Below, in pieces: positions 1 to 7,145 of a DNA stretch of 37,034 bases. A program made the position numbers and the translations under genes. Position 1 is the first letter of the stretch. Each line of letters opens with the position of its first letter. The notes beneath the pieces were generated by a model. That model saw only the letters and a list, made by a program, of their open reading frames with translations. It was not told the origin of the DNA and did no database searches. The stretch is from Paracoccaceae bacterium. GTDB lineage: Bacteria; Pseudomonadota; Alphaproteobacteria; Rhodobacterales; Rhodobacteraceae. The stretch lies in the NCBI GenBank assembly GCA_015485375.1, contig WFTU01000412.1, positions 1-37,034 on the forward strand, in the 5' to 3' direction.

Positions 1-18
1 GTCCCTCCGGGCCTACCA
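1..18 (+). tRNA. 3' end of a tRNA (T-arm 3' strand, acceptor strand, CCA); likely prophage att core; resembles alphaproteobacterial tRNA-Ile2/Met(CAT) ends
   Basis: GTCCCTCCGGGCCTACCA fits ...GGTTCGA-GTCCC-TCCGGGCCT-A-CCA and lies 8 nt from the integrase stop. The tRNA is truncated by the window edge, so the isotype is an inference. Confidence 0.75.
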
Positions 19-26
19 CCCCACTT

Positions 27-1151
27 TTAAGCATTTGATTTTCCTTCTTTTTTTCTTCCCACTTTCCCACTGGCTTCAAAAGTGGGAAACTTTTTACTCC
101 AAAACCGAGAGATTTCTGCCTCGAACTTGTCCATTCCCTGGGCCGCCAATTTCGACCGATTCACGTCCACAATGTAGGTCCTGGCCTCGGCTGGCGATGA
201 GTGGCCAAGCGCCGACATGATGACGTCCTCGGACATACCGAGTTCCGCCAAGATAGAGCCCACACTCTTTCTGAGGCCATGCGCGGAGTATCCAGGTGGC
301 AATCCGGCGTCCCTTGCCCATTTGCTGAAACGCTGGCTGAACGACTTGGCCGAGTAAGGCGCGCCGTGCGCGTTCAATATCCAGATGATCTGATTGTAGT
401 CTGGCCCGAGCTCGTCTCGCAGCAGATCCAGGACCGGCACGGTCACCGGCTGCCCGGTTTTGGTCTGCGTCACGGTCAGAACGTGCCGACCACGATCCTC
501 CCGAACGTGCCGGCGCCCGAGCAATCGGACGTCAGATACCCGGTAGGCCGTGAACAGGATGCAGGCCAATGCCTTTCTGGGTGTCGAATGCTTCGGGTAG
601 AAGTCGCGAAACTTGAGAACGTATTCTATCGGCCACCGCTTGAAACCGGTCGTCTTTACCGTCGGCAACCTGACCTCCGCCATGATGTTCTCGGTGATCA
701 GGCCCTGCTCCGTGGCCCACTTCCACGCCGCGCGCATGGATTTCAGGAAATTGCGTGCCGCCGACCGATGTTGTCCGAACGCACTGACAACGGCTTCCAC
801 GTTCTTGGCCGACAGTTCGGCGAACGGAACGGGGCCGTGAACGCGGCAAAACCGCTCGTAGAAGTTTCGGCGCTGCCTTTGCGTGGCATCTGCCGCACTA
901 TGGAAATCCTGGCTGTTTTGATATGCCCGCAGCAGCCATTCGACGGAATGGACGGGGATCGTTGTCGACCTCTGCAAGGCGAGCATTCCGTTTTCCCACC
1001 GCTTCAAAAGCAGCGAGCACTCGGCGCGAAACTCCCGCGTGCCTTCGGCAGCCTTCAATCGTATCTTCTTCGAGCCTGGCGGCTTGAAATACCACCGGAC
1101 ATTGCCGTTGCGATCGACGTCGCGGTAGAAATATTTCAGTCTCTTTTTCAT
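27..1151 (-). CDS. int: Tyrosine recombinase/integrase
   Basis: 374 aa with catalytic motifs TAYRVSD (R), QTKT (K), HGLRK (HxxR), LGH and TY; N-terminal arm-binding-like DRNGNVRWYF; adjacent to the tRNA end. Confidence 0.95.
   Translation of the reverse strand: MKKRLKYFYRDVDRNGNVRWYFKPPGSKKIRLKAAEGTREFRAECSLLLKRWENGMLALQRSTTIPVHSVEWLLRAYQNSQDFHSAADATQRQRRNFYERFCRVHGPVPFAELSAKNVEAVVSAFGQHRSAARNFLKSMRAAWKWATEQGLITENIMAEVRLPTVKTTGFKRWPIEYVLKFRDFYPKHSTPRKALACILFTAYRVSDVRLLGRRHVREDRGRHVLTVTQTKTGQPVTVPVLDLLRDELGPDYNQIIWILNAHGAPYSAKSFSQRFSKWARDAGLPPGYSAHGLRKSVGSILAELGMSEDVIMSALGHSSPAEARTYIVDVNRSKLAAQGMDKFEAEISRFWSKKFPTFEASGKVGRKKEGKSNA
28..40 (-). promoter_or_regulatory. IHF binding site in the att arm
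   Basis: The minus strand reads AATCAAATGCTTA, an exact match to WATCAAnnnnTTR, next to the att core. Confidence 0.65.
56..88. repeat. Putative integrase arm-type sites (TTCCCACT x2 direct plus one inverted copy)
   Basis: TTCCCACT at 56-63 and 64-71; AGTGGGAA at 81-88. Confidence 0.5.
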
Positions 1152-1390
1152 ATTTTTTGGCAGAAATCGTGGCTGCTATTCCGGCTCATGACGTTGCCGG
1201 TGTGATCCAGCATAGCCTTTTCAAGGTCGCTTCGCAGCCAAAACCTGCCGCCCTTCGCTGTGTGACCTTCCGGGAACTCGCCATTTTCCACGGCGCGCAG
1301 GAAAGAACTTGGCGAAAGGCCGCAATAGCGCGCGGCCTCCGACAGTTTCATCCGGAAGGGTGGATATGCGAAGTCGTGAACGGTCACCAA
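1148..1390 (-). CDS. Excisionase / AlpA-like HTH protein
   Basis: LSEAARYCGLSPSSFLRAVENGEFP...RFWLRSDLE; ATGA-coupled upstream of int. Confidence 0.8.
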   Translation of the reverse strand: MVTVHDFAYPPFRMKLSEAARYCGLSPSSFLRAVENGEFPEGHTAKGGRFWLRSDLEKAMLDHTGNVMSRNSSHDFCQKI

Positions 1391-1593
1391 TACGCCCCCT
1401 CGACATCTTCACCGCCCTCTTCGCGATCGGCCCGGCGAACGCCTTCGCAAGCCATCTGGATGTGGCCGCCGCGTTTCCCGGCTATCCTTGCGATGTCGAT
1501 CCAACGCCACCCGGCCACCCTGAGATAAATCCATTCGAGAAGTTCTTCGTCGCGCTCGCGGGGAACGAATTGGATGCGGATGGTTGCCTTCAC
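1384..1593 (-). CDS. Hypothetical small HTH-like protein (69 aa)
   Basis: GTG start overlaps the upstream stop (GTGA); GWRWIDIARIAG is HTH-like. Confidence 0.6.
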   Translation of the reverse strand: MKATIRIQFVPRERDEELLEWIYLRVAGWRWIDIARIAGKRGGHIQMACEGVRRADREEGGEDVEGAYW

Positions 1594-1820
1594 GACTTCT
1601 TCGCCCGGCGCGCCTTGACGAGCGCGCGCTCTCTTTTCGCTTTCGTGGTTTTTTCCTTGAACACCTGGTCGGCCAGCCAATCCTCGGCGCGCTCAAACGC
1701 CTCGGCTTTGGTCGATCCGTTGAAGATGATCGGCCACTTGGTGTAAGGGTGCAGCCTGGCAACGAACCTGACGCCGTTGTCGGCTGGACCGACGCGTTCG
1801 AAGACGTGAATCTCGGTCAT
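1590..1820 (-). CDS. Hypothetical protein
   Basis: 76 aa; 4-nt overlaps with both neighbours. Confidence 0.7.
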   Translation of the reverse strand: MTEIHVFERVGPADNGVRFVARLHPYTKWPIIFNGSTKAEAFERAEDWLADQVFKEKTTKAKRERALVKARRAKKS

Positions 1821-2191
1821 AGAAGCACCATGCCCTTCACCTGGATAATGCCGCGCTGGATCAGCATGGCGTGAGTTTCGATCAGCGCGGCGCGCAGCCG
1901 GCTCTCGAAGGCCGTCGGGTATTTCTCGGCGATGTAGGCGTGGCGCTTGGTATCGACACCATCAAGGATCGCGTGACAGTTCAGGCAGCCCGCCACGACG
2001 GCCAGATCAGTCGACTTGGTGCTCATGCCCTTGCCAACGGAATCGAGGTGGCACCCGACAACCGTCGCGGCGCTGGCGCATGAATGGCCAGGGTAGAAAC
2101 TGGAAACGCGCAGCGTGCAGGGCATGTCGGCGATCGCTTCCATCAGCGGTTCCGAGCGAACCTTCGGCAAAAGGGCTGGGGAATAGTGCAT
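1817..2191 (-). CDS. DUF1364 / YbcO-like zinc-binding (HNH-related) protein
   Basis: PCTLR...C...VVGCH...GKGMSTKSTD...GCLNCH..LDG pattern; start MHYS coupled to the recT stop (TGATG). Confidence 0.8.
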   Translation of the reverse strand: MHYSPALLPKVRSEPLMEAIADMPCTLRVSSFYPGHSCASAATVVGCHLDSVGKGMSTKSTDLAVVAGCLNCHAILDGVDTKRHAYIAEKYPTAFESRLRAALIETHAMLIQRGIIQVKGMVLL

Positions 2192-3126
2192 CACGCGGCC
2201 TGCGATTGTTCGAAGTTGTATCCGGCGAGCCAGTTGCCAAGTGCGGCACCCTCCGTATGCGGGCATTCGGAAATGGCGGCGCCGTTCTTGAACGCCTCCG
2301 AGCCGGCCTTGTATTCGTCGCTGAACGGGTCCGGGGAAAACGGCTTCTCGTCGTCAACGATTTCGCCGTCGATTGCCGGTGTTTCGGTTATCCGCTGGGC
2401 AAGGTTCTTGCGCTCCGGTTCGGGTTCCGGTGTCACGTCTCGCAAAAGCGGCTCTTGTTCGCGCAGCATCCTGTCCATGTCGTCGGCGGACATTGGCAGT
2501 CGCTTGCAGAGGTTGCGGATGACCGTCTTTTTGGCCATTTCATCATACCACTTTTCCCAGATGCCGGTCGGTTTCGGACCCTTCTGATTGGCGCTGGCCA
2601 TGCGGCGCTTCTCGATCTCGTCCCGGCTCATGGGTTGGAATTCAACGGTGCCGTCCGTCAGTTTGGCAACCGCATAGGCCCCGCGAATTTCACCGCCGCG
2701 CGCCATCGCGTCGATATGTTCGCCCTCGGCAGTGACGTGGTTCCATCGGCGTTCGCCATCCTCGACCCAGATTTCCAAGCGTTCTTTGTCGTAGACCACA
2801 TCCGCCCAAAGCGAACTGATCTTGCCGCTGTTTCTGGCGATCTTGACCAGCCCGGCAACCATCGGCATTGCCTGTGCCGCCCCCCTGAATGGGACAATTG
2901 CCGCCTCTCGCCCATCGGGGACAAGCCCGGCACCGGCCAGGGTGCGAATTGCCTTGAACACGCTTTCCCGGTTGCATTGCAGGATTGACGGGTTGTCCGT
3001 CACGGCCACGATTGCCGCGTTCTTGAAGTTCTTGAACGGCACGGTATCCGGCAACGCCAGTTCGCCAGCGTCGTGAAGCCGTGTGAGATCGCCTTTGAAA
3101 AGAACAAGGGGGTTTGTCTGGTTCAT
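2191..3126 (-). CDS. recT: RecT-family single-strand annealing protein
   Basis: GLVPDGREAAIVPF, GLVKIARNSG, GAYAVA, W..WYDEMAKKTVIRNLCKRLP motifs. Confidence 0.93.
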   Translation of the reverse strand: MNQTNPLVLFKGDLTRLHDAGELALPDTVPFKNFKNAAIVAVTDNPSILQCNRESVFKAIRTLAGAGLVPDGREAAIVPFRGAAQAMPMVAGLVKIARNSGKISSLWADVVYDKERLEIWVEDGERRWNHVTAEGEHIDAMARGGEIRGAYAVAKLTDGTVEFQPMSRDEIEKRRMASANQKGPKPTGIWEKWYDEMAKKTVIRNLCKRLPMSADDMDRMLREQEPLLRDVTPEPEPERKNLAQRITETPAIDGEIVDDEKPFSPDPFSDEYKAGSEAFKNGAAISECPHTEGAALGNWLAGYNFEQSQAA

Positions 3127-3127
3127 C

Positions 3128-4111
3128 TTATCGCTCCAATGAGGGAAGTTCGCCGTTCAACTGCATTTCACCAAACCGATGCAGCATGGACGGCGGGTAG
3201 GCGTATTTCACGATGCCCTTGGCAACGCCGGGCCATTCGCCTGTCTTGAGACCGTGGGCCATCTTGTTCAGCCCATCGCGGATCAAAACCCGCGACCAGT
3301 AAAGAGTTTCCTCATCAATCTCGATCGGAACAACCTCGTAAGGCTCGGTGGTTTGCACAAAAACCAGCGCGCACCGTTGCGCCGTTGTTCCCAAGACCTT
3401 CTCCGCCGCCTCTATAGCCAGCGCCATCTGGATCGCGTAGCCGTGTTCGGTCGTGGCGCGCTGCGCGGAAAGCACGAGGTCGGAACTCTTTGGCGAAAAG
3501 GTTTTCAGATCGGCAAAATCAAAGCCGTTGCTCGGCAGGCAGTCCGGGCGGGACTTCACCCAAATGCCCGTTTGCTCATCCTGCCAGATCATGGAAATTT
3601 CGGTAAGATCGGAAGTGAGCATTTCAACCGCGTCAGGCGATGCCGACAGGTTCTCCGCCATGTATTTGATCTTCTCGACCTGGGCGGCGGTCAGTTCCAT
3701 CCGCCCCTTTGATTTGGCGTCGAATTCTTCCCAGAAGGTCGCGCGCGGTGCTGCGCTGTCCGACCACTCGCCGGTGCGCTCAAACGCCTTGATTTGCGTG
3801 GCTGTGGGGCGCGGAGGGGCGTCTGCCGGCACAAAGCAGAAGTGATCGTCAAACACTTCATCGCCAAGGATCAGCGCGTGCGCGGCCCGGCCCAATATCA
3901 GCGCATCGCCCGGCTCTTTCTCGGGATACCTGTTCGGGTTCAGGTCGGACGTTTTCCAGAACGCGTGCGGGCTTTGCAACGCGATCTTTCGAATGCCGGT
4001 GGAACTGATCGACGGACCCGGACAGCATTGACTGTGATACAGGTTCATCGACATGCGGTAGGCGCCGGGTTCTGTCACCTTCTGCGTGTCGGTCAGCGTT
4101 TGGATTTTCAT
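3128..4111 (-). CDS. RecE / exonuclease VIII-like PD-(D/E)XK nuclease (DUF3799-like)
   Basis: YH...ISSTG, LGRAAH..IL, EIS, KSRPD, ADLKT and YAIQMA motifs; upstream of recT. Confidence 0.9.
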   Translation of the reverse strand: MKIQTLTDTQKVTEPGAYRMSMNLYHSQCCPGPSISSTGIRKIALQSPHAFWKTSDLNPNRYPEKEPGDALILGRAAHALILGDEVFDDHFCFVPADAPPRPTATQIKAFERTGEWSDSAAPRATFWEEFDAKSKGRMELTAAQVEKIKYMAENLSASPDAVEMLTSDLTEISMIWQDEQTGIWVKSRPDCLPSNGFDFADLKTFSPKSSDLVLSAQRATTEHGYAIQMALAIEAAEKVLGTTAQRCALVFVQTTEPYEVVPIEIDEETLYWSRVLIRDGLNKMAHGLKTGEWPGVAKGIVKYAYPPSMLHRFGEMQLNGELPSLER

Positions 4112-4458
4112 CAGAATGCCACCGCCCATTCGATATCATCTTCTGTTTCGACCCGCTCCAAGCCGTCATATTCTTGGATGCGGTATTTCGTGCCCTTCGG
4201 GATTTCTCGAACGACTAGGTTGGCATGATAATTTGATGCCAAGGGGCCGAGTTCCTCCACCACGCGGACAAGAATGGGATCGTTGCGCTGAACGTCCACA
4301 CAACCGTAATCGTATTTTACGGGTGCGCCGTTGCGATAATGGTCGCCCCGTATACAAGTGCCGCCCCATTTGTCATCGCCAGAAATTTGCCGGGCCAACA
4401 GGACCGCTTCTCTAGACAGAGCAAACCCGCCAAAGGAATCGTTGATTACGATTTTCAT
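4111..4458 (-). CDS. Conserved phage hypothetical protein
   Basis: MKIVIN..FGGF.LS...RNDP.LV.VVEELG...IQEYDGLE pattern, familiar from phage proteins; TGATG coupling. Confidence 0.75.
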   Translation of the reverse strand: MKIVINDSFGGFALSREAVLLARQISGDDKWGGTCIRGDHYRNGAPVKYDYGCVDVQRNDPILVRVVEELGPLASNYHANLVVREIPKGTKYRIQEYDGLERVETEDDIEWAVAF

Positions 4459-4571
4459 CAGCACGCTCCACACGCATAAAGGGCAAAGGCGATCTGCGCG
4501 GCCACCTTGTCGGCCAGCAGGGCGAAGGCCAGCAGAAACCCGGCCAGAAGGGCTTTGTCGGCGGAAGTCAT
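4458..4571 (-). CDS. 37-aa hydrophobic peptide (not in the ORF track)
   Basis: MTSADKALLAGFLLAFALLADKVAAQIAFALYACGAC; fills the gap exactly, with ATGA and TGATG overlaps at its ends. Confidence 0.65.
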   Translation of the reverse strand: MTSADKALLAGFLLAFALLADKVAAQIAFALYACGAC

Positions 4572-4903
4572 TCGGTTCCTCCATCGTCCAGAACGGCGTC
4601 AATCAGGCCATCGTCCGCAACCGCTTCGACGATCCGGCGGGCAAGCTCGTTGACGCTGATATTGCGCTTGGCGGCGGCGATCCGCAGGGCGTCGAGAATG
4701 TCGATCGGGAAAAGAACCGTGCGCCCGTTCTTTTCGGCCGGCCGCTTGGTGCGGCGCGCGCTGCAAAGCAGGGCTGATACGGATTTTTCCTCGATGCCGA
4801 TCCGGCGGGCGATTTCGCTGGTGTGCAGGCCATTGGCCGCCAAAGCCTGCACCGCCGCCGTTCTGGTCGGATAGCCAAGGGTCGGAACAGGCGCCGGCAT
4901 CAC
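4568..4903 (-). CDS. DNA-binding protein (N-terminal HTH, C-terminal ribbon-helix-helix-like)
   Basis: GLHTSEIARRIGIEEKSV (HTH); TVLFPIDILDALRIAAAKRNISVNELARRIV (RHH-like). Confidence 0.7.
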   Translation of the reverse strand: MMPAPVPTLGYPTRTAAVQALAANGLHTSEIARRIGIEEKSVSALLCSARRTKRPAEKNGRTVLFPIDILDALRIAAAKRNISVNELARRIVEAVADDGLIDAVLDDGGTE

Positions 4904-5112
4904 GTCGCCCTCCCGCGCTGTTCTTCTACCAACTCGCGCCGGCCAAGGCGGGCGCGCAGGGCCTGGAATAACTGTTCCTTCTGTTCCGGCACCCCCAAGT
5001 GCATCTTCAACGCCGCCCAGTTCCGCACCTCGATGAAGTCATCGACAATCAGGCGCAGGTCATCGTCGGTAAGGTCGGCGCCGCGAGGGATCTGTTTCAG
5101 GTTATCCGTCAT
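4900..5112 (-). CDS. Hypothetical protein
   Basis: 70 aa, coupled on both sides. Confidence 0.65.
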   Translation of the reverse strand: MTDNLKQIPRGADLTDDDLRLIVDDFIEVRNWAALKMHLGVPEQKEQLFQALRARLGRRELVEEQRGRAT

Positions 5113-5357
5113 GCCACGCCCTCCGCGATGCGCTGCAACCGCGCCGCTTCTTCGTCCAGGCGGATGATCGTCACCTCGGTCAGCCGGTCACCGTCGGCGG
5201 TTTCAACGTCATAGCGCGGCCTTGCCTCGTATGTTCGGCCCAGCACGCGGGCGTGTTCCTCGTGCGCGCCGGGATGGCGGCGGATCAGAACCGGGTCGCC
5301 CGGAAAAAACGTGCAACTCGGCGCACTGAGCGTGGCGGCGCGGGTGTGCTTGGTCAT
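5109..5357 (-). CDS. Hypothetical protein, SH3-like beta-barrel
   Basis: AGGAG RBS; FFPGDPVLIR...ARVLGR...RYDVETADG. Confidence 0.7.
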   Translation of the reverse strand: MTKHTRAATLSAPSCTFFPGDPVLIRRHPGAHEEHARVLGRTYEARPRYDVETADGDRLTEVTIIRLDEEAARLQRIAEGVA

Positions 5358-5370
5358 GTCATTCTCCTGA

Positions 5371-5420
5371 AAAGTCCCCGACCGCTTTTCGCGAGTGGTG
5401 GTCGCAAGATGCGGCCGGGG
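5371..5420 (-). terminator. Long GC-rich hairpin with short U tract (tL1-like terminator/attenuator)
   Basis: Minus strand CCCCGGCCGC...GCGGTCGGGG outer stem, inner TTGCGA/TCGCGA stem, followed by ACTTTT. Confidence 0.5.
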
Positions 5421-5459
5421 TAGTAAGCGCGCAGGTTTCAGTCGGCACGCAGGGAGGTC

Positions 5460-5864
5460 TCAATACGAGGGCGGCCGGTGGGATGTCCGCAACCGTTCGC
5501 TTTCGATGAGTTCGTGTTCGTAGGTCATCTCGGCGTCCTCATGAGCAAGCACCCGGTGCTCATCCACGTCGATCTCGCTCGACTGGTAGAAAACCGTCAG
5601 CCCTTCCGGCCGCTCGATGAAGTCCCAATCCTCGATCATCTTGGTCAGCACTTCCTGGGTCACGTCGCGCGGCGGCACGTCGGCCTCGATGGTGCGAACC
5701 CGGATCTTCTGCACGAACTTGGAACTGTCCGCGTATTCGAGAATTTCGGCGCAGGCGTCTTCCAGGCTGGTCGGCAATTCGCCCTCCATCGTCTGGAAGG
5801 GATATGCCGCGTCCGGGCCGAGGTGGCGACCGATAACGCCGGTGTATTCGATCAGATATTCCAT
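5460..5864 (-). CDS. Acidic hypothetical protein, first gene of the leftward early operon
   Basis: 134 aa, GGGAG RBS, directly below PL. Confidence 0.8.
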   Translation of the reverse strand: MEYLIEYTGVIGRHLGPDAAYPFQTMEGELPTSLEDACAEILEYADSSKFVQKIRVRTIEADVPPRDVTQEVLTKMIEDWDFIERPEGLTVFYQSSEIDVDEHRVLAHEDAEMTYEHELIESERLRTSHRPPSY

Positions 5865-5890
5865 GGGCTGTTCTCCCGTTCTGTGCAGGA

Positions 5891-5943
5891 TATATACGCA
5901 TCAGGTATATTCCCGTCAAGCATAAAAATACGCATAAGGTATA
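5891..5943 (-). promoter_or_regulatory. PL promoter with operators OL1 (5893-5909) and OL2 (5927-5943)
   Basis: Minus strand TTGACG-N17-TATATA; 17-bp imperfect palindromes TATACCTGATGCGTATA and TATACCTTATGCGTATT. Confidence 0.8.
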
Positions 5944-6093
5944 TCGGGCCACGATGACCGCCGAATCACCGAGGGAAACAGAAACCGTGTTTCCTTGCGC
6001 TGCTCGGTTGAATCCCTGAAAAGCCTGCGTCAGCACGCCTTGCGTGGCGCCAAAACCGGTGGCAGCATTCAGGTGTTCATATGGAGTGAGTTC

Positions 6094-6477
6094 ATGCGCA
6101 AATTCGTTTTGTTGGCCGTTCTCGGCCTGGCTGGGTGTTCAGAGCGCGTGCCGCTGGTTTCCAGCAACCCAGTGTCGACCGCCAAGGCGATCACGTCTGG
6201 CACCTACCGCGTCAATTACCGCTCCGTGTTCATCAGCCGCGGCCAGGAGTTCCCGGTCCTGTCGCTTGTGGACGGGCGCAAAGCGGTGATCCTGAACGAG
6301 TGGACCTCAACCGACATTTTCTTCCCGATCTTTTCCAACATGCAGCAAATCAACGGGTCGATCCTAGATGACAGCGGCTGCACGACTTCTGAACTAGCGC
6401 TCATCAACAGCCGCGACGTGATCATTGAACAGTCAGCGAAGGTTGTTCCGGCCGGCATCTGCTTTGATCTATTCTGA
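6094..6477 (+). CDS. Lipoprotein (accessory; superinfection-exclusion candidate)
   Basis: MRKFVLLAVLGLAG|C lipobox; GGAG RBS; 127 aa; lies between PL and cI. Confidence 0.8.
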   Translation: MRKFVLLAVLGLAGCSERVPLVSSNPVSTAKAITSGTYRVNYRSVFISRGQEFPVLSLVDGRKAVILNEWTSTDIFFPIFSNMQQINGSILDDSGCTTSELALINSRDVIIEQSAKVVPAGICFDLF

Positions 6478-6518
6478 CCTGACGCCTAACAAACACGACA
6501 AAACAATTTTGCGCCCCA

Positions 6519-6551
6519 GAACTGGATCAAAACGAGAACATCTGCTATTTA
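6519..6551 (+). promoter_or_regulatory. Alphaproteobacterial LexA-like box(es) overlapping a putative promoter
   Basis: GAAC-N7-AAAC (6519-6533) and GATC-N7-GAAC (6525-6539), each one mismatch from GAAC-N7-GAAC; possible TGGATC-N17-TATTTA promoter. Confidence 0.5.
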
Positions 6552-6689
6552 GGCAGCACACCACACATCTAGGACAAAAGCTGCCGGGTTGATTCTGGTG
6601 GGCTGGCGCCACCCGCTTGCGTTGAGTAATGTAGAATCCTGCTCGCCTTTGATTCTCGCTGCCGGCGCTATTTTGGCAGAGGTATAGGC

Positions 6690-6869
6690 ATGACAGAGGA
6701 AGAATTCATAGAGCAGATCAAGAGCCTTTCCGGCCAGCAGATGGATGCCTTCATTGATCTTCTGTTTCAGAACGACCTAATACCACGGCGAGCATATCGT
6801 GCCACCCCGCCCGCCGATCGGCCGGCAACGAGCGGTAAGCCTGGATCAGCTCAATTTCCGCCTCGCTAG
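6690..6869 (+). CDS. 59-aa protein, candidate antirepressor (not in the ORF track)
   Basis: GAGGT RBS; MTEEEFIEQIKSLSGQQMDAFIDLLFQNDLIPRR...; overlaps the cI 3' end antisense. Confidence 0.55.
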   Translation: MTEEEFIEQIKSLSGQQMDAFIDLLFQNDLIPRRAYRATPPADRPATSGKPGSAQFPPR

Positions 6870-7053
6870 CGTCGTCCAGGAACAGCATGTAAAGCGGGAC
6901 CTCCAAAGCTTCCGCAATCGGACGCAGAACTTTCAGTGTCACGCCCTCCTCGCCCTTCTCGACGCGGGAAACGGTCGGCTGTGTTGTTCCGGCAGCCTCG
7001 GCCAGGTCAATTTGACTCCAACCGCGCAGTTTTCGAAGGCGAGCAACATTCAT
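6751..7053 (-). CDS. cI: CI-like XRE-family repressor (no S24 peptidase domain)
   Basis: LRKLRGWSQIDLAEAAGTTQPTVSRVEKG HTH; 100 aa; divergent from the cro-like gene. Confidence 0.88.
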   Translation of the reverse strand: MNVARLRKLRGWSQIDLAEAAGTTQPTVSRVEKGEEGVTLKVLRPIAEALEVPLYMLFLDDASEAEIELIQAYRSLPADRRAGWHDMLAVVLGRSETEDQ

Positions 7054-7145
7054 GGCGACAGCATACCGGCATGTTCGAAAGTTGCTAATACGGGGTGCGA
7101 ATAGACATACTTGACAGGAATATACCCGTGGCGCATATATTGCGC
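7054..7145. promoter_or_regulatory. PRM/PR divergent promoters with operators OR2 (7087-7103) and OR1 (7121-7137)
   Basis: PR: TTGACA(7111)-N17-CATATA. PRM (minus strand): TTAGCA-N17-TATGCT. Operators TATACCCGTGGCGCATA and AATACGGGGTGCGAATA resemble OL1/OL2. Confidence 0.75.

Noticed and set aside
6560-6576. NrdR-box-like sequence CACCACACATCTAGGAC
   Set aside because: Single copy, mismatch at a conserved C, and no ribonucleotide reductase gene nearby.
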